Positions 18,035 to 27,336 of a DNA stretch of 64,000 bases are shown here, in pieces. The DNA is from Acidimicrobiaceae bacterium. Its GTDB lineage: Bacteria > Actinomycetota > Acidimicrobiia > Acidimicrobiales > Aldehydirespiratoraceae. The DNA lies in assembly GCA_026708645.1 (NCBI GenBank), contig JAPOUM010000032.1, forward strand, positions 1,929 to 65,928, written 5' to 3'. Numbering within the stretch: the first letter of the stretch is position 1; the number at the start of each line of letters is the position of its first letter. The notes under the pieces were generated by a model that worked only from the letters and a program-made list of their open reading frames with translations, was not told the origin of the DNA and ran no database searches. The translations under genes were made by a program, and so were the position numbers.

Positions 18035-18826
18035 ATGGCTTTCAAGTCACGAAGCCGGCAATGGCTGGTGAGGCCTTGGAGCGAGTCAGTGCCCGATGCC
18101 GACAGGCGCACCGACCGGCTGGCCTGCGAGGAGCCCATGGCCGTCGAACTCAACGATGTGCGAGTGGCCACCACCATGCGCACGCCCGGCAACGACTTCG
18201 AGCTGGCCGTCGGGTTCTGTTTCACTGAAGGCCTGCTGGGCGACGCCGAGATCGCGCAAGTCAAATACTGCGCTGCGGGCTCGGCCGTGGCGTCCGATTT
18301 CAATGTGGTGACGGTGACGACCGCCGGCGACGCGCCCGAGCCGCGGCCGCGGTTGACCACCACCACGTCTTCGTGCGGTTTCTGCGGCACCAGCGAGATC
18401 GACGAACTGCTCGCCGAGCTCGACAGGGTCGCCGGCGATCCGCTGCCGTGGGAGTCATTGGCCGCAGCGCCGGCAAGGATGCGCGCGTCTCAGCAGCTCT
18501 TCGACGACACCGGCGCAGTTCATGCCGCCGGGTTGGTGGACCGCGACGGTTCGGTGTCGCTGGTGCGCGAGGATGTGGGACGCCACAACGCGGTCGACAA
18601 GCTGATCGGGCGGATGCTGCTCGACGGCCGCCTGCCGGCTGCGGGGCTGGGTCTCGTGGTCAGCGGCCGGGCCAGTTTCGAGCTGGTTCACAAGGCTTGG
18701 ACCGGCGGTTTCCGTGCGCTGGCAGCTGTGAGCGCGCCCACCGCTCTGGCGGCGACCACCGCTGAAGCCGCAGGCATGCAACTCGCAGGCTTCGCCCGCA
18801 ACGGCGCCATGACCGTCTACCTGTGA
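18035..18826 (+). CDS. fdhD: formate dehydrogenase accessory sulfurtransferase FdhD
   Basis: SSCGFCGTSEIDEL and REDVGRHNAVDKLIG motifs. Confidence 0.85.
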   Translation: MAFKSRSRQWLVRPWSESVPDADRRTDRLACEEPMAVELNDVRVATTMRTPGNDFELAVGFCFTEGLLGDAEIAQVKYCAAGSAVASDFNVVTVTTAGDAPEPRPRLTTTTSSCGFCGTSEIDELLAELDRVAGDPLPWESLAAAPARMRASQQLFDDTGAVHAAGLVDRDGSVSLVREDVGRHNAVDKLIGRMLLDGRLPAAGLGLVVSGRASFELVHKAWTGGFRALAAVSAPTALAATTAEAAGMQLAGFARNGAMTVYL

Positions 18827-19048
18827 GCCGCGCTCACGGGCCGGCCGGACCGAAGGCCGACAAGCATCCCGTGGAGCGGCCCGGCATATCTGACTGTGAG
18901 CGCCATCACGGGCTGTTCGGACCATGGCCTCGCCGACGCATGAAAGCTGTCCGGCGGTTGATCAAGCCCGGCTGGACACACCGGCGCGTTCGGACTATGC
19001 CCTAGCCGACTTATGAGATCTGCTGGCTCTTCGATGCGCTCGTCCTCT

Positions 19049-19054
19049 TAGACT
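19049..19054 (+). promoter_or_regulatory. -10-like hexamer TAGACT, 6 nt before the ATG at 19061 (leaderless geometry)
   Basis: TAGACT, then cagacg, then ATG. No SD. Confidence 0.35.
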
Positions 19055-19060
19055 CAGACG

Positions 19061-19738
19061 ATGCTTGAATCCGTCGGCGTTGCTCAGGGTCTTTTGGTGC
19101 TGCACCTGTTCTGTGCGCGCGCGCCCGACAGCGACGACGCTGAGGTTCTCCAAGCTTTGCAGCGAGCCGATGAAGCCGGCGCGCAGGTGGTGACCGTGGC
19201 GACGCTCGGGCACAAGTCCCAGCTCTGTTTCATGGGGCTGCACAGCGACGCCTGGGTGCTGCGCGACCTGCAGACCGGCCTGGAAGCAGCCGGTCTGAGG
19301 ATCGTCGACAGCTACGTGTCGATCACCGAGCTATCCGAATACGCCTTGGGTTTGCCCGCTGAGATGGCCGAGATGCGCCTCAACCCGAAGCTGCCGCCGC
19401 CGGGCAAGCCGGCTTGGTGCTTCTATCCGATGAGCAAACGACGCAATCCAGGCCAGAACTGGTACGAGCTCGGCTTCGACGACCGCAAGCAGCTCATGCA
19501 CGAGCACGGCGCCTCGGGCCGCAAGTTCGCGGGTCGCATCGTGCAACTCGTGACCTCGTCCACCGGACTCGACGACTGGGAGTGGGGCGTCACCTTGTTC
19601 GGCAGTGACATCGCTGCGTTGAAAGACACCGTCTACACGATGCGCTATGACCGCGCTTCGGCCGTCTACGCCGACTTCGGGCCGTTCGTGACCGGTCTTG
19701 TGGGGTCGGCCGAAGAGATCGTGGCGCGCACTCGCTGA
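19061..19738 (+). CDS. chdC: coproheme decarboxylase (HemQ/ChdC, chlorite-dismutase family)
   Basis: WCFYPMSKRR..NWYELGFDDRKQLMHEHGASGRKFAG..LDDWEWGVTLF pattern. Confidence 0.8.
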   Translation: MLESVGVAQGLLVLHLFCARAPDSDDAEVLQALQRADEAGAQVVTVATLGHKSQLCFMGLHSDAWVLRDLQTGLEAAGLRIVDSYVSITELSEYALGLPAEMAEMRLNPKLPPPGKPAWCFYPMSKRRNPGQNWYELGFDDRKQLMHEHGASGRKFAGRIVQLVTSSTGLDDWEWGVTLFGSDIAALKDTVYTMRYDRASAVYADFGPFVTGLVGSAEEIVARTR

Positions 19739-19871
19739 CCAGTGTTGAACATGACGCTCACTTGGCTGGTGCCGGGCGGAATCAGCCGCATCCGCTCCAG
19801 AACCTTCGTCGTTTTCTCGGCGAGTGAGCGTCCACGCGGAAATGCGGCGGATATGCAAGTTTGACGGCGGC

Positions 19872-20885
19872 ATGGCAGCCGTGATTTCTCGGGTAGCGGT
19901 CGTCGGCGCGGGGTCGTGGGGCACCGTCTTCGCTCACTTGTGCGCCCACAACGCAGCCACTGTGCTTTACGCCCGCGACGGAGAACTGGCCGAGGCGATG
20001 CACGCGACTCGCGAGAACTCTCGCTACCTGCCCGGCCGGACGCTGCACCCCGAGCTTCGAGTCACCTCCGACATGGGCGAGGCGACCCGAGACGCCTGCG
20101 CGGTGGTCATGGCTGTGCCTTCCCACGGCTTCCGGGGGACTCTGCGGCTGCTGGCGCCGCATGTCGGCGAACAGACGCCGGTCATTTCTCTCGCCAAGGG
20201 CCTCGAGAGCGCCACCGGCAAGCGGATGACCGAGGTGGTGGGCGAAGAACTGCCGGGCCGCCCCACTGGGGTACTGTCCGGGCCGAGCCTGGCCAAAGAG
20301 ATATTCAGCGGCCACGCGGCTGCCGCTGTTCTGGCGATGGCGCCGGGGCAGCTTCCGCTGGCGGCGCAGCTTCAGAGCGTTTTCTGCGCTCGCGGCTTCC
20401 GGGTCTACACCAGCACCGACGAGATCGGAGTCGAGATCGCGGGCGCAGCCAAGAACGTGATCGCCCTTGCGACTGGAATCGCTGACGGGATGGGCGCGGG
20501 CGACAACACTCGAGCGACGCTGATAACGCGCGGCTTGGCCGAGGCGACCCGACTGGGAGTCGCGCTCGGCGGGGATCCGGCGACCTTCGCGGGACTCGCC
20601 GGCGTCGGCGACATTGTGGCCACTTGCGTGAGTCCCCAGAGCCGCAACCGCCATGCGGGCGAGCGGCTGGGGCGGGGAGAGTCGATAGAGGACATAGCGG
20701 CGTCGATGGATCAGGTGGCCGAAGGGATCGGATCCGCTCCGGTGTTGGCCGCGCTGGCCCGCTCATTGTCGGTTGACATGCCGATAACTGAGGAGGTCAG
20801 GGCTGTGGTCGAGGACGGCCGCAGTGCCGCCGCCGCCTACCGCTCGCTGCTGGACAGGCCCCCGACCAGCGAGATCCGCGGCTGA
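19872..20885 (+). CDS. gpsA: NAD(P)H-dependent glycerol-3-phosphate dehydrogenase
   Basis: VAVVGAGSWGTVFAHL, GVEIAGAAKNVIALATGI and NTRATLITRGLAE. The start was moved from 19824 to the ATG at 19872 so the Rossmann motif sits near the N-terminus. Confidence 0.85.
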   Translation: MAAVISRVAVVGAGSWGTVFAHLCAHNAATVLYARDGELAEAMHATRENSRYLPGRTLHPELRVTSDMGEATRDACAVVMAVPSHGFRGTLRLLAPHVGEQTPVISLAKGLESATGKRMTEVVGEELPGRPTGVLSGPSLAKEIFSGHAAAAVLAMAPGQLPLAAQLQSVFCARGFRVYTSTDEIGVEIAGAAKNVIALATGIADGMGAGDNTRATLITRGLAEATRLGVALGGDPATFAGLAGVGDIVATCVSPQSRNRHAGERLGRGESIEDIAASMDQVAEGIGSAPVLAALARSLSVDMPITEEVRAVVEDGRSAAAAYRSLLDRPPTSEIRG

Positions 20886-20954
20886 GCCACGAACGAGCCT
20901 GCAGCTGCGCCGGCTGAGGCCGCCCGTCGAACCGGCGCTCGGAGGCCGAGCGAA

Positions 20955-20960
20955 TAAACT
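20955..20960 (+). promoter_or_regulatory. -10-like hexamer TAAACT, 6 nt before the ATG at 20967 (leaderless geometry)
   Basis: TAAACT, then cgccgc, then ATG. No SD. Confidence 0.35.
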
Positions 20961-20966
20961 CGCCGC

Positions 20967-21782
20967 ATGTCCTCAAGCGCGAATGACGCAGGCGGTTTGT
21001 TCGACGTCAGCGGTCGGCGAGTGGTCGTCACTGGAGGTACCGCCGGGATCGGCCTCGCCGCCGCGGCGCATCTCGTTGCCCACGGAGCGCAGGTAGTAAT
21101 AGGCGGGCGTCGCAGCGACGGCGAGGGGATCGCTGATCGCATCGGCGCCACTTTCATCTCTATGGACGTCACCGACGAGGACTCGACCCGGCGAGCCTTC
21201 GAGCGTGTGGCAGAGCTTTTCGAGCAGATCGACGCCCTGATCCTCAACGCCGGAGTCAACTTGGAACACGGCGAGATCGAGTCGCTCGACGCTGCCGTGT
21301 TCGAACAGGTTTTCGAAGTCAACACTTTGGGTGTGGCCAGAGCTTTGCGTCATGGGATCACCGCGGTGCGTGACGGCGGATCGGTAATCGTCACAAGCTC
21401 GCCGGCGGGCTCGGTGGCAGTGTCGGGGATGGCCGCCTACGCGGGTTCGAAGGCGGCTGTCGATCATCTGGTGCGAGTCTGGGCGATGGAGCTGGGCCCG
21501 CGGCAGGTCCGGGTCAATGCAGTGCTGCCCGGAATCGTCGAGACTGAGATGACCGACCTTGCGGGTTCTGCGCCCACCATCGAAATCATCAGGCGCCTGA
21601 CCGCAGGCGGCATTGTGCGTCAGGCCCATGAGATGGCGCCGGTGTTTCATTTTCTGGTGAGCGACGCCAGCGCTTCACTCACCGGATCGCTGGTCGGATG
21701 CCACGACGGCATCTCCGCCGGGCTCAGCCGAGCGGTCATGGCCTCCGTAGCAGCCCTGTCGACGGAGGTCGCCTCCGGCTAG
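20967..21782 (+). CDS. SDR-family oxidoreductase
   Basis: VVVTGGTAGIGLAAAAHL, NAGV and YAGSKAA catalytic motifs. Confidence 0.85.
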   Translation: MSSSANDAGGLFDVSGRRVVVTGGTAGIGLAAAAHLVAHGAQVVIGGRRSDGEGIADRIGATFISMDVTDEDSTRRAFERVAELFEQIDALILNAGVNLEHGEIESLDAAVFEQVFEVNTLGVARALRHGITAVRDGGSVIVTSSPAGSVAVSGMAAYAGSKAAVDHLVRVWAMELGPRQVRVNAVLPGIVETEMTDLAGSAPTIEIIRRLTAGGIVRQAHEMAPVFHFLVSDASASLTGSLVGCHDGISAGLSRAVMASVAALSTEVASG

Positions 21783-21831
21783 ACCGGTGCTGCCTGCGGC
21801 GGCGGTCTTCGCCTCCTGTGCACAGCAGCGC

Positions 21832-22926
21832 TTAGAGGGCTTCGGCTTTGGCTTCGCTGTGAACCGCGTCGGTTCGCGCCGAGGCGAAGTCGGCGTCCGT
21901 CACGCCGAGCCGCTCGCCGACCAGAGACTCCACCGCCGTCACCAGCGCGGCCGAGTCGAGGCCGTGCTCGCGCATCAGGTAAGCCTTGGATGCGCCGTGG
22001 GCGTAAGTGTCGTCTAGTCCCAGTCGCACCAGTCGCCGCCCGATGCCGCGCTCGGCCATGTACTCCGCCACCGCTGACCCCAGACCGCCGACGACGGTGT
22101 GGTTCTCCAGGGTCACGACCCCGCAGCGGGCGGAGCTGACGGCGTTCTCGATGATTTCGTCACCGAAAGGTTTGTGCGTGGACACATGCACATGGCTGAC
22201 CCCGACACCGGCTCGCTGCAAGGCGCGGCGCGCCCTCAAGGCCTCCTCGGTGGTGATCCCGGCTGTCAGCACAGCCACGTCGCCGCCGTCGCTCAACAGT
22301 CTCGACCGGCCGAGCCGCAGCGGCTCGTCGGCGGGAAACAAGCGGGGCACTTCGCCGCGCAGCACCCGGATGTAGACGGGTCCGTCCACATGCTCCACCG
22401 CGTCGAGCATCGACTCGACTTCGGTGGCGTCGCCAGTCTCGAGCACGGTCATGTTCGGAGTGGCCCGCATGATCGCCACGTCCTCGATGGCTTGATGGGT
22501 GACGCCGCCGGGAGTCACGATCCCGGGCAGGAATCCCAGCATCCGCACTTTGAGGTTGGGATACGCCACCGACATCGCCAGCTGGTCATAAGCCCTGCGA
22601 TAGATGAACACCGCGAAAGTGTGGATGAACGGCACGAAACCTTCGCGGGCGAGCCCGCCGGCCACGCCCAGCATGTTCTGTTCGGCCATGGCGGCCGTGA
22701 TGAAACGATCCGGGTAGGTGTCGCGCCATCTCCCGACCTCGCAGGAGTTGGTCAGGTCCGCTGACAGCACCAGCACCTCGGGGCGCGACGCCGACCAAGC
22801 GATGAAGTTCTCCGCGTGGGGACGCGACACCATCTCCATCACAGGATCCGCTACAGCGTCCGTGTCAGCGTCCGTGCCCGTGCTCGTGTCAGCGTCTGTG
22901 TCCGTCGTTTCTGGCCGGTCGGTCAT
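21832..22926 (-). CDS. transketolase-family protein, C-terminal (pyrimidine-binding) subunit
   Basis: DRFITAAMAEQNMLGVAGGLAREGFVPFIHTFAVF..GVTHQAIEDVAIMRATPNM. ATGA overlap with the upstream subunit. Acidic T/D-rich N-terminus. Confidence 0.85.
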   Translation of the reverse strand: MTDRPETTDTDADTSTGTDADTDAVADPVMEMVSRPHAENFIAWSASRPEVLVLSADLTNSCEVGRWRDTYPDRFITAAMAEQNMLGVAGGLAREGFVPFIHTFAVFIYRRAYDQLAMSVAYPNLKVRMLGFLPGIVTPGGVTHQAIEDVAIMRATPNMTVLETGDATEVESMLDAVEHVDGPVYIRVLRGEVPRLFPADEPLRLGRSRLLSDGGDVAVLTAGITTEEALRARRALQRAGVGVSHVHVSTHKPFGDEIIENAVSSARCGVVTLENHTVVGGLGSAVAEYMAERGIGRRLVRLGLDDTYAHGASKAYLMREHGLDSAALVTAVESLVGERLGVTDADFASARTDAVHSEAKAEAL

Positions 22927-24020
22927 GCCTGCGGCGCCTCTTTGAGCATCCGGCGGAATGCGGCGTCGAAGTCGGTCCGCTCGTCGGCGGACGTGAAGCG
23001 GACGTAGTGCAGCAGCGGCGCTCTTCGGGCCATGACTTCGAGCCCCCGCGCCGGATCGGTGCGGGCCACGATCACGTAAGGCTTGTCAACCTCTTCGGAC
23101 ATGGCCGCTTCGAGGGCCGCCGCGTCGTGGCCGTCCACCTCCACCGCGTCGCAGCCGAAGGATCGGATTCTTTCTACGACCGGCTCGATGTTGCCGACGC
23201 TCGACATGGCGCCGTCGCACTGCTGGCCGTTGGCGTCCACCACGGCTCGCAGCCTCGACAGTCCGTGGAACGAGGCGAAGGCCAGAGCCTCCCAGGTCTG
23301 ACCCTCCTGGAACTCGCCGTCGGACATGAACACCCAGGTCCGCCCCGGCTCGTCGCGCATTCTGCGTGCCAGCGCGATGCCGCACGCCTGACTGAGAGCC
23401 TGCGCCAGCGAACCGGTGGTGGTGGCCACGCCCGGCGAGTGCTCGGCGCCGATCATCTCCAGAGTCGAGCCGTCGACGTTGAACTCGTCGAGCGCTGACT
23501 CATCGAGGCGGCCGACTTCGATGAGAGCGGCGTAGAGCACCAGCGCGTAATGCGCAGGCGAGAACAAGAAGCGGTCGAGTTCCGGCGCGGGTTCGCCGTT
23601 GAAACGGTCGCCGCTGCGGTAGTCGCCGTTCGTCGAGCCCGGCACCCCGGTGAAAGCGCCTGCACGGAGAGGACGCTCACACGGCGCCAGGCGCATCGCT
23701 CCGCCGTAGAGGGCGCCGAAGATCTCGCCCGCCGAAAGAGCCTGCGACAGGTAGCCGCCGTCGTGTTTGAGCACGTGCTCGAAGACGCGGCGCCTGACAC
23801 CGGCCGCGATCTGCTCGATGCGTTCGACAGAATCTTTTTTCTGCTTGTTCGCGGGCTTGCCGGCTGTTTTCGTTTGCTTCTTTTTCGTGGATTCGCCGGC
23901 TGCGGGACGCTTCTTCGCGGACGCAGTCGATCCAGCCGATCTAGCCGATCTAGCCGATCCGCCCGATCCAGCTCGGGCTTTTGGAGTTTTCTTCTCAGAG
24001 GTCTGCGGTGCGTCGCTCAC
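22923..24020 (-). CDS. transketolase-family protein, N-terminal (TPP-binding) subunit with a Lys-rich N-terminal tail
   Basis: Run-on ORF 22923..24551 trimmed to the GTG at 24020, which overlaps the upstream stop as GTGA. GGYLSQALSAGEIFGALY, GSLAQALSQACGIALA and FMSDGEFQEGQTWEA motifs. Confidence 0.8.
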   Translation of the reverse strand: MSDAPQTSEKKTPKARAGSGGSARSARSAGSTASAKKRPAAGESTKKKQTKTAGKPANKQKKDSVERIEQIAAGVRRRVFEHVLKHDGGYLSQALSAGEIFGALYGGAMRLAPCERPLRAGAFTGVPGSTNGDYRSGDRFNGEPAPELDRFLFSPAHYALVLYAALIEVGRLDESALDEFNVDGSTLEMIGAEHSPGVATTTGSLAQALSQACGIALARRMRDEPGRTWVFMSDGEFQEGQTWEALAFASFHGLSRLRAVVDANGQQCDGAMSSVGNIEPVVERIRSFGCDAVEVDGHDAAALEAAMSEEVDKPYVIVARTDPARGLEVMARRAPLLHYVRFTSADERTDFDAAFRRMLKEAPQA

Positions 24021-24661
24021 TGCCCGTAGCTCTCCCTGTACCAAGCGAAGCAGCGCTGTATCTCCTCGTCGGGCAGGGCGGTGACCGGACCCGAGAGTTG
24101 CGCCATGCGGATCGTCAGGGCCGCCTCCTCCACATGCAGCGCCACTTTGAGCGCTTCGCCTGCGGAGCGGCCCATGGTGAAGACTCCGTGACGGTCCGCC
24201 AATGCGGCGAGACCGCTGTCGCCGACGGCCTCCATGATCGCCGCGCCGGTGTCTTCTGCTGCGGGCGTGGCCCAACGCGTGCAGGGCACGCCGCCGCCGA
24301 TGAGATGGGTCAGCGGCGTCAGCGCGGCGGGCAGATCCTCGCCGCGCGCCGCGAAGCTGGTGGCGTAAGGCGAATGCGTGTGGGCGATGCCGAACACGTC
24401 GGGTCTGTGCTCGTAGATGTGCAGATGTATGCCGAGATCCACCGAAGGCTTGAGAGCGCCCTCCAAGACCCGCCCCGACGGATCGACCGCGACCATCGAC
24501 GAAGGATCGAGCGCCTCGAAGCTGACGCCGCTGGGCTTGATGACCACGCATCCGCTGTCGGGGTCGCGTCCGCTGACGTTGCCGCCTGTGGCGACCACGA
24601 GCTTGTTGGCGGGCAGCTCGAGGTTCATGGCGCAGACCTCTTCGCGCAGTGCCTCAAGCAT
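24017..24661 (-). CDS. class II aldolase / L-ribulose-5-phosphate 4-epimerase-like protein
   Basis: LVVATGGNVSGRD..VIKPSGV..GIAHTHSPYATSFAARG pattern. Confidence 0.8.
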   Translation of the reverse strand: MLEALREEVCAMNLELPANKLVVATGGNVSGRDPDSGCVVIKPSGVSFEALDPSSMVAVDPSGRVLEGALKPSVDLGIHLHIYEHRPDVFGIAHTHSPYATSFAARGEDLPAALTPLTHLIGGGVPCTRWATPAAEDTGAAIMEAVGDSGLAALADRHGVFTMGRSAGEALKVALHVEEAALTIRMAQLSGPVTALPDEEIQRCFAWYRESYGQ

Positions 24662-25892
24662 CGGCGCCGCCCTTTCCGGCGTGGCCGCCCTTTCCGGCGG
24701 CGTTCTGCGACCCGGCAGCGTGGCCGTCCCCGGCAGCGTGCCGAGATCCCGGCCGCGGCGGGCGGTCCTTGAACCTCATGACGATCTTCAGGGAACGGTC
24801 GGCGGCGGTGAGCATCTCGAATCCTTCAGCGAGCCGTTCGAAGGGCAGCTCGTGGGTCACCGCGGCGGAGGGATCGACTCGACCGCTTTCGAGCAGCCGG
24901 ATGAACTGGTAGGTGTCGCGATGATCAGCCGAGTACTTCGAGTTGATGGTCACTTCGCTGAGGAAGGCCTCGGTGCCGTCGAGCACGAACTGCGACCCCG
25001 GAGGCCCCGGCGCGCCGATGTGCAGCGTGCCTCCGGGCTCGACCAGGGACCGCGCCGACACGAAAGCGGACTCGCTCGGCGCGGTCAGCACCACCACATC
25101 GGCGAGAAGGCCGCGGTTGCAGGCGCGCAGCGCCGCCACCGGGTCGGTATCGCCGGGGTTGATCACAGCCGAAGCTCCCAGCTCTGTCGCTTTGGAGAGC
25201 CTCCAGTCGGAGAAGTCCAGAGCGATCACCCGTCCTGCGCCGAACAGCGGCGCCATGTGCGTGAAGCCGAGCCCCATGAAACCGGCGCCGACCACAGCGA
25301 CCGTGTCGCCCGGTTGGATCATGCACTGCTTGAGGCCGCCGAGAACGCACGACCACGGCTCGATGGTGGTGGCCGCGGCGTCGTCGATGGCGTCGTCGAG
25401 CACGTGAGCGTCGGCGCGCAGGTGAGCGGCGCTCACCCGGAAGTACTCGGCCATGGCGCCGGGATCGAGGCGGTTCGATTTGAAGTAGGGGTCTTTGGTG
25501 AAGCGGCCGCGAACAGCCCAGTGCGAGTTGAGTCTGCCGACGTGATGGTTGACGAAGACGCGGTCGCCGATCTCGAAGCCTTCGACGCGTTCGCCGATCC
25601 CGGCGATCACGCCCACAGGCTCATGGCCCAGGACTTTGCCCCCGGCTCGCCTCGAATACCAGTCGAGCGCCTCGCTGGCGCACAGCCCGGTGGCCAGAGT
25701 CTCCACGAGCATCTCGTCGGGTCCGAAGTCGGGAACCGTCCGGCGTTCGACCCGGACGTCGCCGGGCCCGTAATAAATGCCGACGGACATCTCCGAGGGA
25801 ATCTCGCGGGCGGCCCGCGTCCGGAGCGCGCCGGCTTCAGATGCAGCCGCTGGTGATGCGGGCGTCTCGTTAGTCGGGTTGGCCGTGGTCAT
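24654..25892 (-). CDS. zinc-dependent alcohol/polyol dehydrogenase (MDR family)
   Basis: GLCASEALDW..GHEPVGVI..GDRVFV and VAVVGAGFMGLG motifs. Gly/Ala/His-rich C-terminal tail. 8-nt overlap with the downstream gene. Confidence 0.85.
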   Translation of the reverse strand: MTTANPTNETPASPAAASEAGALRTRAAREIPSEMSVGIYYGPGDVRVERRTVPDFGPDEMLVETLATGLCASEALDWYSRRAGGKVLGHEPVGVIAGIGERVEGFEIGDRVFVNHHVGRLNSHWAVRGRFTKDPYFKSNRLDPGAMAEYFRVSAAHLRADAHVLDDAIDDAAATTIEPWSCVLGGLKQCMIQPGDTVAVVGAGFMGLGFTHMAPLFGAGRVIALDFSDWRLSKATELGASAVINPGDTDPVAALRACNRGLLADVVVLTAPSESAFVSARSLVEPGGTLHIGAPGPPGSQFVLDGTEAFLSEVTINSKYSADHRDTYQFIRLLESGRVDPSAAVTHELPFERLAEGFEMLTAADRSLKIVMRFKDRPPRPGSRHAAGDGHAAGSQNAAGKGGHAGKGGADA

Positions 25893-25893
25893 G

Positions 25894-27336
25894 TCAGTCG
25901 TCTCCCGGTGCTAGATGGTCCGAAGCCGCGGCCCAGACGGGTCGCATCAGGCGGCCGAGCTCGACGAAGCTCTGGTACTCGGTGTAGTGGGAGCGACGCG
26001 GCTCGTAGACCACGAAACGGTCCGTTGTCGTGGCTGCCGACCCCGTCACCATCCGTGCCAGGCCTTCGCAGGCGCCGACGCCGTGAAGGTCGACGGCCAC
26101 GGCATCGCCTGTCACATCAGCCACGAGCTGGCACCATGCGGGCTCGATCGCCCCGCCGCCGGCCAAGACTGTCGAGCCGCGCTGGCGCCGCCTCGCCGAA
26201 TCGAGGCAGTGCCGCAGCGAGAAGGTCACGCCTACCGCGGCGGCTCGGGCCAGGTCGGCTCGCCTTGTGCTCTGCGTCAGCCCCAGAAAGGCGCCGGTGG
26301 CCTCCGGCGCCAGGAACGGCGCCCGCTCGCCGGCGAGGTAGGGCAGCAGATACGGGCCTGGGGCGCCGTCTGCGACGTCGGCCCAGAAACGCTCGAAACG
26401 GTCCTCTCCCTCATAGCTGAGAGCCTTCAGAGCCCAGTCCAGAGTGGACGTGCCCGAACTGTTGCCCAGCACACGCAGGAACCGGTCCGCTCCGGGCAGT
26501 TTCAGAGTCGCCCCGGCCGCCTGCCCGGAGGAGTCGGTCGTGTTGACTATCACCAGCGCGGCGGCAGTGGTGCCCAGAGCCAGAAGCGCCTCGCCCGGAT
26601 TCTCCAAGCCCGCGCCGTGGACCATGGCCGCGACGTCGATGCATCCCATCAGAATCGGGGTCCCTTGAGCGACGCCGACAGCGAGCGCGGCTTCGCGGCT
26701 CAGCACGCCTATCTGTTCGCCGACCGGACCGATCGCAGCGACTTTGTCGCGCAGATCCTCGCAGCCGAGGCGGGCGAAGGCCTCGTCGCTGTAGGCGCCC
26801 GAATCGAGGTCGAGGAAGGGGATCGTGGCGTCGGTCACGTCTGTGGCGATCACGCCGCAGAGCCGGTAGTTGATCCAGTCCTTGGCGCAGAAAACCGACG
26901 CGGTCCGCTGCGCCTGCTCGGGCTTCTCGGTCGAGAGCCATCTCCAGATCGCTGCGCTGGTGCCGGGCCACAGCACTGTGGTCGACGAACGGTAGTGCTC
27001 GGCTATGGCGTCTTCGGCCTCCCAGTCAAGCACGACCTCGCCGGCCCTCGTGGAGTTCCACTGGTAGGCGCCGCACGGCTCTCCGGCGGAGTCCAACGAC
27101 CAGAAGCCGTCGCCTTGACCGGTGACGGCGATGGCATCGGGCGCGGCGCCGCCGTCCGCGACGGCGCGCATCGCCTCAGCCACGGCCCCCCAATAGCGCT
27201 CGGGATCGACCCGTTCGCTGGCCGGGTTTTGTGACGGCGGCGCCGGCAGCGAGACCGAAGCGATCGTCGCCCCGTCGTCGCCGATGAGCGCCGCTTTCAC
27301 CTCCGAAGTGCCTGCGTCCACTGCGAGGATGCTCAT
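25894..27336 (-). CDS. FGGY-family carbohydrate kinase
   Basis: Run-on ORF trimmed to the ATG at 27336 (ATGA overlap with the permease stop). MSILAVDAGTSEVKAALIG..., LALGTTAA and GGGAIEPAWCQLVADV motifs. Confidence 0.85.
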   Translation of the reverse strand: MSILAVDAGTSEVKAALIGDDGATIASVSLPAPPSQNPASERVDPERYWGAVAEAMRAVADGGAAPDAIAVTGQGDGFWSLDSAGEPCGAYQWNSTRAGEVVLDWEAEDAIAEHYRSSTTVLWPGTSAAIWRWLSTEKPEQAQRTASVFCAKDWINYRLCGVIATDVTDATIPFLDLDSGAYSDEAFARLGCEDLRDKVAAIGPVGEQIGVLSREAALAVGVAQGTPILMGCIDVAAMVHGAGLENPGEALLALGTTAAALVIVNTTDSSGQAAGATLKLPGADRFLRVLGNSSGTSTLDWALKALSYEGEDRFERFWADVADGAPGPYLLPYLAGERAPFLAPEATGAFLGLTQSTRRADLARAAAVGVTFSLRHCLDSARRRQRGSTVLAGGGAIEPAWCQLVADVTGDAVAVDLHGVGACEGLARMVTGSAATTTDRFVVYEPRRSHYTEYQSFVELGRLMRPVWAAASDHLAPGDD

